Of a stretch of 64,000 nt of DNA, positions 9,766 to 18,471 are shown piece after piece (position 1 is the first letter of the stretch; each line of letters begins with the position of its first letter). A program made the translations under genes and the position numbers. This DNA is from an uncultured Oleispira sp. (GTDB lineage: Bacteria; Pseudomonadota; Gammaproteobacteria; Pseudomonadales; Oceanobacteraceae), in NCBI GenBank assembly GCA_964022115.1, contig CAXIBC010000005.1:686-64685 (forward strand), read 5' to 3'. Under the pieces are notes generated by a model. It made no database searches, was not told the DNA's origin, and saw nothing but the letters and a program-made list of their open reading frames with translations.

Positions 9766-11724
9766 ATGAGTTATCAGGTACTTGCACGTAAATGGCGTCC
9801 ACGTTTCTTCGCTGAAATGGTGGGTCAAGAACATGTGCTGCGCGCCCTTATCAATGCTTTGAACGATCAGCGTTTACACCATGCTTACCTGTTTACCGGT
9901 ACGCGCGGAGTAGGGAAAACGACGATTGCCCGTATTTTAGCTAAATGCTTGAATTGTGAGCAGGGGGTGAGTGCGACTCCGTGTGGTGAGTGTTCTTCTT
10001 GCCGAGAGATTGCCGAAGGGCGTTTTGTCGATCTGATTGAGGTGGATGCAGCCTCCCGTACCAAGGTAGAAGATACTCGAGAATTATTAGATAACGTACA
10101 ATATGCTCCGACTCGAGGCCGTTATAAGGTTTATTTGATCGATGAAGTACACATGTTGTCGACGCACAGCTTTAATGCCTTATTGAAAACCCTAGAAGAG
10201 CCTCCTGAGCACGTTAAGTTCTTATTAGCGACCACAGACCCGCAAAAGCTTCCGATCACAGTATTATCTCGCTGCTTGCAATTCAGTTTGAAAAATATGA
10301 CCCCAGAACGTGTGGTCGGTTATCTCGAAAAAGTATTAAAAGCAGAAAATGTTCAATATGAAGAGCCTGCACTCTGGCAATTAGGGCGGGCAGCCCAAGG
10401 CAGTATGCGTGATGCGTTGAGCCTCACAGACCAAGCCATTGCTTATGGCCAAGGTGAGGTATTTGAACATCAAGTCAATGCCATGCTAGGGACGATTGAC
10501 CGAGGTCGAGTATTTAAGTTGGCGGAAATCTTGGCGACGGGTCAGGTAGAAGAATTGCTGCAGCAGGTATCTGCGATGGCTGAGCATGGGCCTGATTATG
10601 ATGAGGTGGTGCAGGCCTTAATGCAGTTATGGCATAAAGTGGCGGTTGCTCAGGTAGCCCCTAGCTCAGTCGATAATAGTGAGGGTGATAAGGCCGCTAT
10701 TGTTCAATTGGCGGGGGCGATGCGAGCGGAAGATATTCAATTATTTTATCAAACGGCCTTAGTAGGGCGCAAAGATTTGCCTTTGGCTGCGGACCCTCGC
10801 CAAGGGTTTGAAATGATTTTATTGCGTATGCTGGCCTTTAAACCCGTCAATAGTGCGCCTCTGCATCTCGATTTGGTCGGGTCGTTACAAGCACCGGGTA
10901 GTATTGAAGAAAAAAAGTTAATAGCTGACTCAGATGCTGCGCCTGAATCAGCTGACGTTGCCCCTATGCAGCCTTTTGACAGTTTTGTTCCGCCAGCGGT
11001 TGCTGCTCAGCCAGAAGTGATACCTCAGGTTATAGAGCAGGTTGTAGAGCAGGTTGTCGAGCAAGCGCCAGAGCCAGTAATTATCGCGGATGAGCCGGTA
11101 GTCTCAGAGTCAGTAGTCTCAGAGTCAGTAGTCTCAGAGTCAGTAGTCTCAGAGTCATCGGAAGCAGAACCAATAGCTATTGAGCCTGCTATTGCTCACC
11201 CTGCTATTGCTCATAAGGGCGCTGCGAATTTATTAGATAACCCTCTGCCGGTAACTGCGCCAAGTACTCAAGTTGTACAAGAAGAGCAGGATATCGTTGC
11301 TGAGGCAGTATTTGATTTTGATTGGCAGCAGCTGTCTGGCCTTAATTGGTGGCAGTGGGTTAGGCATTTGCCGTTGGCCGGTATGCCGATGGCGATTGCG
11401 TTAAATAGTGCCTTAATAAGTCGCCATGAAAATCAGTTGGTGATGGACGTAGACCCAGATCAGGGGGCATTATTTAATGATGCTCAGCGCCAGCGGATTG
11501 AACAGGTTTTATCTGATACTACGGGGTTGCCGGTGCAGTTGATTATGCATGTGCAGGTGCCACGTGGAGAGACACCTCATCAGCGTAGGACCCGAATCAT
11601 GGCCGAGCGCTTTGCTCAGGCTGAACATGGGATTATGGAAGATGAGATAGTTCAAGGTATTGTCGCTGAATTTGAGGCGCATATCATTGAAGGCTCAATT
11701 AGGCCGCTGGTGCTCAATCAATAG
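9766..11724 (+). CDS. dnaX: DNA polymerase III subunits tau/gamma
   Basis: MSYQVLARKWRP..., Walker A GTRGVGKTT, zinc module CLNCEQGVSATPCGECSSC, Walker B LIDEVHML, sensor TTDPQKLPITVLSRC. 652 aa. Confidence 0.97.
   Translation: MSYQVLARKWRPRFFAEMVGQEHVLRALINALNDQRLHHAYLFTGTRGVGKTTIARILAKCLNCEQGVSATPCGECSSCREIAEGRFVDLIEVDAASRTKVEDTRELLDNVQYAPTRGRYKVYLIDEVHMLSTHSFNALLKTLEEPPEHVKFLLATTDPQKLPITVLSRCLQFSLKNMTPERVVGYLEKVLKAENVQYEEPALWQLGRAAQGSMRDALSLTDQAIAYGQGEVFEHQVNAMLGTIDRGRVFKLAEILATGQVEELLQQVSAMAEHGPDYDEVVQALMQLWHKVAVAQVAPSSVDNSEGDKAAIVQLAGAMRAEDIQLFYQTALVGRKDLPLAADPRQGFEMILLRMLAFKPVNSAPLHLDLVGSLQAPGSIEEKKLIADSDAAPESADVAPMQPFDSFVPPAVAAQPEVIPQVIEQVVEQVVEQAPEPVIIADEPVVSESVVSESVVSESVVSESSEAEPIAIEPAIAHPAIAHKGAANLLDNPLPVTAPSTQVVQEEQDIVAEAVFDFDWQQLSGLNWWQWVRHLPLAGMPMAIALNSALISRHENQLVMDVDPDQGALFNDAQRQRIEQVLSDTTGLPVQLIMHVQVPRGETPHQRRTRIMAERFAQAEHGIMEDEIVQGIVAEFEAHIIEGSIRPLVLNQ
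10911..10953 (+). promoter_or_regulatory. Predicted programmed -1 ribosomal frameshift signal (slippery A_AAA_AAG plus downstream hairpin) that would produce the gamma subunit
   Basis: Zero-frame codons are GAA GAA AAA AAG. The heptamer A AAA AAG lies at 10911-10917. The -1 frame then reads GTT AAT AGC TGA (stop at 10926-10928). Five nt downstream, an 11-bp hairpin pairs agctgactcag (10923-10933) with ctgaatcagct (10943-10953), with one C.A mismatch. Confidence 0.7.
11029..11214 (+). repeat. Three sets of in-frame tandem repeats in the dnaX tau-specific linker: 12-nt x3 (VIEQ/VVEQ/VVEQ), 15-nt x4 (VVSES, 11098-11157) and 15-nt x2 (PAIAH)
   Basis: Read directly. gtagtctcagagtca is repeated four times perfectly. 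cctgctattgctca[c/t] occurs twice. gtt[a/g]tagagcag-type units occur three times. Confidence 0.95.
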
Positions 11725-11774
11725 AGCCGTGTGGATTATTAAAAAATTAATTAGTAAGTATAGAGGAAGACATC

Positions 11775-12101
11775 ATGATTAAAGGTGGAATGGGCAACTT
11801 AATGAAGCAAGCCCAGCAAATGCAAGAAAAAATGCAGAAAGCCCAAGAAGAGCTGGCAAATTCTGAAGTAACTGGTGAGTCTGGGGCGGGTTTGGTAAAG
11901 ATTACCATGACGGGGCGTCATGACGTTAAACGGGTTGAACTGGATGACAGCATTATGAGTGAAGATAAAGAATTACTCGAAGACTTGCTGGCCGCCGCGG
12001 TTAATGATGCGGTGCGCAAAATAGAAGAGAAGAACCAAAGCCAAATGTCTTCTATGACGGCCGGCATGGGTTTACCACCAGGTATGAAGCTGCCTTTCTA
12101 G
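11775..12101 (+). CDS. ybaB: Nucleoid-associated protein YbaB/EbfC
   Basis: 108 aa. [21 protein letters not shown]...[11 protein letters not shown] is typical of the family. Conserved dnaX-ybaB-recR order. Confidence 0.93.
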   Translation: MIKGGMGNLMKQAQQMQEKMQKAQEELANSEVTGESGAGLVKITMTGRHDVKRVELDDSIMSEDKELLEDLLAAAVNDAVRKIEEKNQSQMSSMTAGMGLPPGMKLPF

Positions 12102-12141
12102 CGCTTTAAATCTTGTTCTTTAACTCTAGGGTTTTCAAATA

Positions 12142-12744
12142 ATGACGATGAAGCTGCCAGCTGCGTTGCAGCAGTTGATTGATTCTTTTCAAATTTTACC
12201 GGGTATTGGGCCTAAATCGGCTCAGCGTATGGCCTTGTACTTATTGGAAAAAGATAGGCTTGGGGCTGAGCGCTTAAGTAATAGCTTGCTGCAAGCGATG
12301 GAAAGGCTAAATCACTGTCAGTCGTGTCGTAATTATGCCGAGTCAGACTTGTGTCCTATTTGCAGTGATACTCAGCGCTCAACGGAATCCTTATGTGTGG
12401 TTGAGTCACCCTCGGATGTCTTGGCGTTAGAGCAGGGGGTTGATTTTAACGGTCAATACTTTGTTTTGTACGGTCACTTATCCCCCATTGATGGTATTGG
12501 TCCGGCGGAATTAGGCCTAGCGGATTTAAAACGCAAGGTTGAGCAGCAAGGTATTAAAGAAGTGATTGTCGCTACCAACCCAACGGTTGAAGGTGAGGCA
12601 ACCGCCCAGTTTATTATGGATATGCTGTCATCAGAAGTGATCGTTAGTCGTATTGCTCATGGTATTCCTATGGGAGGTGAACTGGATCTCGTTGATGGTG
12701 GCACCTTGAATCATGCGTTATCTGGCCGTCGTGTGATGGTTTAA
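12142..12744 (+). CDS. recR: Recombination protein RecR
   Basis: Hh[15 protein letters not shown]4 zinc finger [16 protein letters not shown], Toprim [14 protein letters not shown]. Confidence 0.96.
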   Translation: MTMKLPAALQQLIDSFQILPGIGPKSAQRMALYLLEKDRLGAERLSNSLLQAMERLNHCQSCRNYAESDLCPICSDTQRSTESLCVVESPSDVLALEQGVDFNGQYFVLYGHLSPIDGIGPAELGLADLKRKVEQQGIKEVIVATNPTVEGEATAQFIMDMLSSEVIVSRIAHGIPMGGELDLVDGGTLNHALSGRRVMV

Positions 12745-12834
12745 TTTTATTCATGCTTGTGAGGCCGGTTGTTATGAGTTTTCGCTAGGGGCTCTTGCAG
12801 TGGGGACCGTAAGTAATAAGAGAGTTTTAATATT

Positions 12835-13977
12835 TTGGATTCTATTCCACAGCCAATATGGATCACCACAGATAGTGATCTTGTGAAGTACTGCCAGCAA
12901 TGGCAAGGGCAAGAATTTATTGCACTGGATACTGAGTTTGTTCGTACTTCAACCTTTTTCCCGAAGGCCGGCTTAGTGCAGGTTGCTGACGCTGATGATT
13001 GCTATCTTATTGATCCGCTAACGATCACAGATTGGTCAAGCTTTGCCGAGCTCTTGGATGACCCTGGGTTAGTGAAGGTATTCCATGCCTGTTCAGAAGA
13101 TTTAGAGGTCTGTCACCGATTAACGGGTACGACCCCGTCACCGGTTGCGGATACGCAACTAGGTGCGGCGCTAGGCAGTCTTGGTGGTATTATGGGGTTT
13201 CAGCGTTTGGTAAAAGCCGTGCTGAATCTGGATATTGATAAGGGTGAAACACGTTCTGACTGGCTGCAAAGACCCTTACGACCAAAGCAAATCGAATATG
13301 CGGTAGCGGATGTTTATTACCTGTATCAATGCTATCAACGTTTACTTGATTTGTTGACGGATATGGGGCGTTTAACTTGGTGGCAAGAGGATTGTCAGCG
13401 TCTATTAGATTTGGGCCAAATTAGTGACAATTATAGCCAGCAATATCGGAAAATTAAATTGGCTTGGAAGCTGCGCCCGCAAGAACAATATGTATTGCAA
13501 CAAGTTGCTATCTGGCGTGAACAAATGGCCCGTGAATGGAATGTGCCACGATCTCAGGTAGTGGCGGATAATGTTTTGTGGAATATAGCGCGCTATCAAC
13601 CGGAGCACTTAGGTGACTTGGCTCGTGCAGGGATGAAGGCTCATGTTAGGCAGCGCTGTGGTGATCAGGTTCTGGAGTTGATTGCTGAGGCGCTCAAGGC
13701 CGACGAAGCCTTATGGCCAGACGCTTTGCAAAAGCCATTATCACCGCAAGCAGGAGAGTGGTTGAAAGGCTTGAAGAAAGCCGTGACAGTTCGCGCTGAC
13801 AGTATCGACATTCCTGCGGATATGTTGGTTAAAAAGAAAACACTGGAAGCCTTGTTGCGATCTGGGTATCCTCGCGGCCCTTATAGGTTGCCTGAGCCGT
13901 TATTGGGCTGGCGTAAGAATGAAATTTCTGATGATTTGCTACGCTATTTAGCGCAAGCTGATACCAGTACTGTATAG
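12835..13977 (+). CDS. rnd: Ribonuclease D
   Basis: DEDD exonuclease motifs IALDTEF, KVFHACSEDLEV and YAVADVYYL, plus an HRDC-like C-terminal half. TTG start as in the track. Confidence 0.88.
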   Translation: MDSIPQPIWITTDSDLVKYCQQWQGQEFIALDTEFVRTSTFFPKAGLVQVADADDCYLIDPLTITDWSSFAELLDDPGLVKVFHACSEDLEVCHRLTGTTPSPVADTQLGAALGSLGGIMGFQRLVKAVLNLDIDKGETRSDWLQRPLRPKQIEYAVADVYYLYQCYQRLLDLLTDMGRLTWWQEDCQRLLDLGQISDNYSQQYRKIKLAWKLRPQEQYVLQQVAIWREQMAREWNVPRSQVVADNVLWNIARYQPEHLGDLARAGMKAHVRQRCGDQVLELIAEALKADEALWPDALQKPLSPQAGEWLKGLKKAVTVRADSIDIPADMLVKKKTLEALLRSGYPRGPYRLPEPLLGWRKNEISDDLLRYLAQADTSTV

Positions 13978-13994
13978 ATTTAAGATGGGCTATT

Positions 13995-14288
13995 ATGACA
14001 AAAGTGTTGTGTAATATTTATAAAAGTCGCCGTAAAGAAGAAACCTATCTTTATGTTTCTTTAAGCGATGATTTGTCGCGTATTCCAGAGGAGTTACTTG
14101 AGACTTTTGGTCGCCCAGAGCTAGTGACTAAACTGCTGCTGACGCCAGAGCGTAAGCTTGCCCGTATAGAAGCGTCTAAAGTTTTGGATTCGATTGCTGA
14201 AAAAGGCTTTTATTTGCAGTTGCCACCGCCTAAAGAAAACCTGGGTAGTGGTTTGGATCTTTTTTGTAAGCGAGATAAAAGCGAGTGA
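13995..14288 (+). CDS. ycgL: YcgL domain-containing protein
   Basis: 97 aa. CNIYKSRRKEETYLYV...IPEELLETFG is typical of the YcgL family. Follows rnd. Confidence 0.75.
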   Translation: MTKVLCNIYKSRRKEETYLYVSLSDDLSRIPEELLETFGRPELVTKLLLTPERKLARIEASKVLDSIAEKGFYLQLPPPKENLGSGLDLFCKRDKSE

Positions 14289-14725
14289 GTGCAAAACCGT
14301 TTTGGGTAACGAAAACCCTAAAGCAAATGTCAAAGCAAGAGTGGGAGTCATTATGTGATGGCTGTGCTCGCTGCTGTTTGCATAAGTTAGAAGACGAAGA
14401 TACCGAAGAAGTGTATTACACCGATATACATTGTCGATATCTGGATAAAAAAGATTGTTCCTGTACCGTTTATAAAACCCGTAATGAGAAAGTGCCTGAG
14501 TGTATTTGGTTAACCCCGGAGCAAGCGGAAAGCTTTCATTGGTTACCGGATACCTGTGCCTATCGCTTAATAGCTGAAGGCAAGCCCTTGTATGATTGGC
14601 ATCCACTGATCAGTGGAGATCCTGATTCTGTGCATAAAGCTGAGATATCACTGCAAGGTAAAGGGATTGCGGATGATAAGGTGCCAGAGGAGGAGTGGCA
14701 AAGCCACATTATATGGAAAGCTTAA
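14285..14725 (+). CDS. ycgN: YcgN-family (UPF0260) cysteine-cluster protein
   Basis: KPFW..K.L..M...EWE.LCDGCARCCLHKLEDEDT.EVYYT...C..LD...C.C..Y matches the family signature. GTGA overlap with ycgL. Confidence 0.8.
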   Translation: MSAKPFWVTKTLKQMSKQEWESLCDGCARCCLHKLEDEDTEEVYYTDIHCRYLDKKDCSCTVYKTRNEKVPECIWLTPEQAESFHWLPDTCAYRLIAEGKPLYDWHPLISGDPDSVHKAEISLQGKGIADDKVPEEEWQSHIIWKA

Positions 14726-15084
14726 TGTTTGATATTCGGGTGCAGTGGCTTGCTTATGCTGTTGCTGCTTTAGCCTGCTTTTGGGCGTGGGATAAAATGT
14801 TTTTTTGGATTTCTCAAAAGGACTTAAAAGCCATTATTAGAATTTTAGGTGCGGTATTATTATTTACTCCGGCGCCATTAGAAGGTGATATGGCGTTAGA
14901 GGGTGGTTTAGCTGGATACGCCCCAGCCTTTATTGTGATTATCTTTAGAACGTTTTTGGAGAATAATGCGCCCATACTCGATGCTGTTATGTATATGCTA
15001 GGGGCTTTATTTGTTGGTCTAATTGTAATGTCAGTACTGTCATTGTTTAGCTTTTTACGGGCTAGATTCTTCCCGCAAAATTAG
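14725..15084 (+). CDS. Small integral membrane protein, unknown function
   Basis: Three or four hydrophobic helices. I place the start at the ATG overlapping the ycgN stop (TAATG). The track ORF starts earlier, at 14695, inside ycgN. Confidence 0.55.
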   Translation: MFDIRVQWLAYAVAALACFWAWDKMFFWISQKDLKAIIRILGAVLLFTPAPLEGDMALEGGLAGYAPAFIVIIFRTFLENNAPILDAVMYMLGALFVGLIVMSVLSLFSFLRARFFPQN

Positions 15085-15263
15085 TGGCTAACTCGGCGTT
15101 ATTTGCAATAAATAGCGCTAACTCTTTCATTTTTGTGATTTTCTCCCCTTTCACTCATGGCGAACTTCAGATTCTTTGCTAGTTTTAAAGCAGGAGTATT
15201 CGATGTTGCTATCTTATTAATATCGACTTTATAAGCTTGTTTCCCTGGATTGGAGTTCTGAAA

Positions 15264-17396
15264 GTGCTCAGATATTTTAAGCATTTTGGGGGGAGTATAA
15301 CCTTCCTCGTATTAATCACCTCGTTATTTTCCGTTAGAGCGTTTGCCGTAGATTCCATGGCGGAGGATAAGACTGCCCCTCGGTATGATGTGCGCATCAT
15401 TATCGATATATCAGGCAGTATGAAAGAAACGGACCCAAATAACCTGCGTATTCCTGCCCTCAATTTATTATTAGAACTTATGCCAGAAGGTGCTCAGGCG
15501 GGTATTTGGACCTTTGGTCATTACGTAAATAATTTAGTGCCGGTCGCTCAGGTGGATGATGATTGGCGCCTGCGGGCTAAAAATGCTGCGGCGAGCATTT
15601 CCTCATTGGGTTTGCATACCAACCTCGTTGGTGCTTTAGATGATGCGGCTTGGGGGCTAAAGGAAGATTCTGGGTATCAGCAGAGTATTATCCTATTAAC
15701 CGATGGCAAGCTGGATATGCCGAAGGAGTTCGATGCAGCCCAAGAGCGGCAACGGCTGATGAGACAAGTATTGGAAAAATACCGTAAAACTGGGGCTAAT
15801 ATCCATACCTTAGCGCTTTCCGATTTAGCCGATAAAGCGCTATTGCAAGAAATCGCTTTAGAAACCGATGGCTTATATTCACAAGCGCAAGATGCTGACG
15901 CCTTAATGAAGGCGTTTTTACGTGCGTTTGATCAGGCTGTGCCTGCAGAGCAGGTTCCGATGGAGGATAATACCTTTGTCATTGATAGCAGTGTGGATGA
16001 GTTTACAGCGCTAATATTTAAGCGTTCAGGAGGGCCGCAAGAGACGGCTTTATTAACCCCTCAAGGTCAGCGTTTAACACAGCTTGATCACCCGAGGAAT
16101 GTACGCTGGCACAAGGATGTTAGTTTTGATCTGGTTACGATTAAACAGCCTGAGGCCGGTACTTGGATTGCGGAAGCGGATCTTGATCCTGCTAATCGTG
16201 TGACTATTTTATCGGACCTAGCCTTGAGCGTAGAAGGCCTGCCGAGCACCTTATTTCCTGGTGATAAACTGGATGTTGAAATTAAGCTGACCAATGAAGG
16301 AGATGTGGTTAAGCGGGTGGAAATACTGAGCCTGACGGATGTCACTATGAAGGTAGTAACGGCCAGTGGTCGCGAAGGCCGGAAGATATTATCTGACCCT
16401 GAGAATCCACCGGTAGATGGTATTTACCGTGAGGGGTTATTTCGCTTAAAAGAATTGGGTCAATACCAAGTTGATATTATTGCTGAAGGGCGAACATTTC
16501 AGCGTAAACGCAGCTTTTCCATGACTATGGTGCAGCCTATTGAAATCGAGCAGGAAGCGGATGCGGTGAAAGGGGTTTATCGCATTAAAGTGAAATCACT
16601 GTCAGATAATTTAGATATAGAACGTACGCGGGTGATTGCAAAGATTAGCAGTCCAGATGACAGTACCATCATCCAATCTGTGCTTTACGATAAAGAAGCT
16701 CAGGCTTGGGTTGGGGAAATAGGGCCAAACAAGGGGGTTGGTCAGTATCGGGTTGATTTGAATGTGCGTGGTATTACCCAAGGAGGGAAGAATTTTAAGG
16801 TTAAGCCTGAAAGTATCGTTTTTCAGTTACCTATTGCCATGGATACCCTAGACGATGGTCCAGCTGTGGCAGAAGGTATCACGAGTAAGGTTGCACCTGG
16901 GCCGGTAGTGACGGCGGTTGATCTTGATGCAAAACAGGCCGATGCTGGTGAGGATTTAGCTGAGTCAGGGCAGAGCTTGAAAGCAGAGAGCTTAGAGACA
17001 GAAAGCTTAGAGGAAGAGGAAGGCCTAGCCTGGTGGATTTATCTAATCCTAGTATTGATTAACGTGCTGGTGATTGGCTTGGGGGTTTGGTGGTTTGTAT
17101 TGCGTAAGCCAGCGGCGAGTGATGTTCAAACCAGCCTAGAGAAAGATGGGCCTTTGGCCGACTTAGAGACGTTTGAGGAGGATCTAGCAGGAGATTTTGA
17201 TTCCCTTGATGAAGGGGATGAAATCGAGATTCCTCTCGCTCCTGATGTCAGCCCTGAGGATGCGGTGGATTCTGGTAGTGATACCTTACCCGATGCGGAG
17301 GAAGTCTTTGATGAAGAATTCTCTATTGATCCTGATGAGGAAGTTGATACGGATGAGGATTCATGGGGGGAGTTTGATAAGGAGAAAAAAGACTAG
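15264..17396 (+). CDS. Exported von Willebrand factor A (VWA) domain protein with a C-terminal TM anchor and a highly acidic cytoplasmic tail
   Basis: Signal peptide ...ITFLVLITSLFSVRAFA. MIDAS motif DISGSM near the N-terminus. TM WWIYLILVLINVLVIGLGVWWFVL. The last ~90 aa are rich in D/E. I chose the GTG at 15264 (GGAG RBS 8 nt upstream); the track ORF starts at 15237. Confidence 0.8.
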   Translation: MLRYFKHFGGSITFLVLITSLFSVRAFAVDSMAEDKTAPRYDVRIIIDISGSMKETDPNNLRIPALNLLLELMPEGAQAGIWTFGHYVNNLVPVAQVDDDWRLRAKNAAASISSLGLHTNLVGALDDAAWGLKEDSGYQQSIILLTDGKLDMPKEFDAAQERQRLMRQVLEKYRKTGANIHTLALSDLADKALLQEIALETDGLYSQAQDADALMKAFLRAFDQAVPAEQVPMEDNTFVIDSSVDEFTALIFKRSGGPQETALLTPQGQRLTQLDHPRNVRWHKDVSFDLVTIKQPEAGTWIAEADLDPANRVTILSDLALSVEGLPSTLFPGDKLDVEIKLTNEGDVVKRVEILSLTDVTMKVVTASGREGRKILSDPENPPVDGIYREGLFRLKELGQYQVDIIAEGRTFQRKRSFSMTMVQPIEIEQEADAVKGVYRIKVKSLSDNLDIERTRVIAKISSPDDSTIIQSVLYDKEAQAWVGEIGPNKGVGQYRVDLNVRGITQGGKNFKVKPESIVFQLPIAMDTLDDGPAVAEGITSKVAPGPVVTAVDLDAKQADAGEDLAESGQSLKAESLETESLEEEEGLAWWIYLILVLINVLVIGLGVWWFVLRKPAASDVQTSLEKDGPLADLETFEEDLAGDFDSLDEGDEIEIPLAPDVSPEDAVDSGSDTLPDAEEVFDEEFSIDPDEEVDTDEDSWGEFDKEKKD

Positions 17397-17425
17397 TGCT
17401 TATTTCGGCATATTAATATCACGAT

Positions 17426-17450
17426 AGGGCTCAATGAGAGCCCTTTTTTA
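17426..17450 (+). terminator. Rho-independent terminator after the VWA gene
   Basis: agggctc (17426-17432), loop aatga, gagccct (17438-17444), then a T-run tttttt. Confidence 0.75.
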
Positions 17451-17605
17451 TGTCTCTGGTTTTATTTTAATCGCTGTTTATCCTGCTTTTTGTGGCGCAA
17501 CTTGTTGCATGGCGGTGATACCCTTATACTGCGTGGAAATTTTACTGCATAAAACTGATCAGATTTATTGATCAATCTACTTGATGACGATTGCTCGAGG
17601 CTATT

Positions 17606-18448
17606 ATGAAGTTCCAAGGTACGACTGAATACGTCGCAACCCCTGAGTTGCAAATGGCGGTAAATGCCGCAATAACCCTACAGCGTCCACTATTGCTTAA
17701 AGGTGAGCCGGGTACAGGAAAAACCATGCTAGCAGAGCAGTTAGCCGAGTCATTGGGTACAGAGTTGATTCAATGGCACATCAAAAGTACGACTAAGGCC
17801 CACCAAGGCTTGTACGAGTACGATGCGGTATCGCGTTTACGTGATTCTCAGTTAGGGAATGAGAAGGTTCACGATATCAAAAACTACATAGTGAAAGGTA
17901 AGCTGTGGGAAGCCTTTGATGCGGATAAGCCTGTGGTTTTATTAATTGATGAAATTGATAAAGCCGATATTGAGTTCCCAAATGATTTGTTATTGGAACT
18001 CGATAAAATGGAATTTTATTGCTATGAAACTCAGCAGCGAGTGGTTGCTAAGCATCGTCCTATTATCTTGATTACCAGTAATAATGAAAAAGAATTACCG
18101 GATGCATTTTTACGTCGCTGTTTCTTTCACTATATCGACTTCCCGTCTAAAGAAACCATGATGAAAATTGTGGATGTTCATTACCCTGACATCCAAGCCT
18201 CTTTGGTGAAAGAGGCGATGGAGGTTTTCTTTGATGTCCGTAAGGTGCCTGGATTAAAGAAAAAACCTTCAACGTCTGAGCTGATTGATTGGTTAAAGTT
18301 GTTGATGGCCGATGAGATTGGTGTCGATTTGTTACGCGACTCGGATGCTCGCCGTGCTATCCCACCGATGCACGGTGCTTTAGTGAAGAATGAGCAAGAC
18401 GTACAGCTATTAGAAAAGCTGGCCTTTATGAGTCGCCGCCGCGGTTAA
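17606..18448 (+). CDS. MoxR-family AAA+ ATPase
   Basis: Walker A GEPGTGKTM, Walker B VLLIDEIDKA, ~280 aa single AAA+ module, followed by a VWA gene. ATG at 17606 with a GAGG RBS. Confidence 0.88.
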   Translation: MKFQGTTEYVATPELQMAVNAAITLQRPLLLKGEPGTGKTMLAEQLAESLGTELIQWHIKSTTKAHQGLYEYDAVSRLRDSQLGNEKVHDIKNYIVKGKLWEAFDADKPVVLLIDEIDKADIEFPNDLLLELDKMEFYCYETQQRVVAKHRPIILITSNNEKELPDAFLRRCFFHYIDFPSKETMMKIVDVHYPDIQASLVKEAMEVFFDVRKVPGLKKKPSTSELIDWLKLLMADEIGVDLLRDSDARRAIPPMHGALVKNEQDVQLLEKLAFMSRRRG

Positions 18449-18471
18449 ACGCTTAGGATTGGGGGCTTATT

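Noticed and set aside
14121-14606. 161-aa minus-strand ORF antisense to ycgL/ycgN
   Set aside because: Both plus-strand genes show family-specific motifs. The antisense ORF has no motif and an odd composition.
15099-15463. Minus-strand ORFs 15099-15284 and 15209-15463 upstream of and overlapping the VWA gene start
   Set aside because: No RBS and no recognisable domains. They overlap the signal-peptide-encoding 5' end of a well-supported plus-strand gene.
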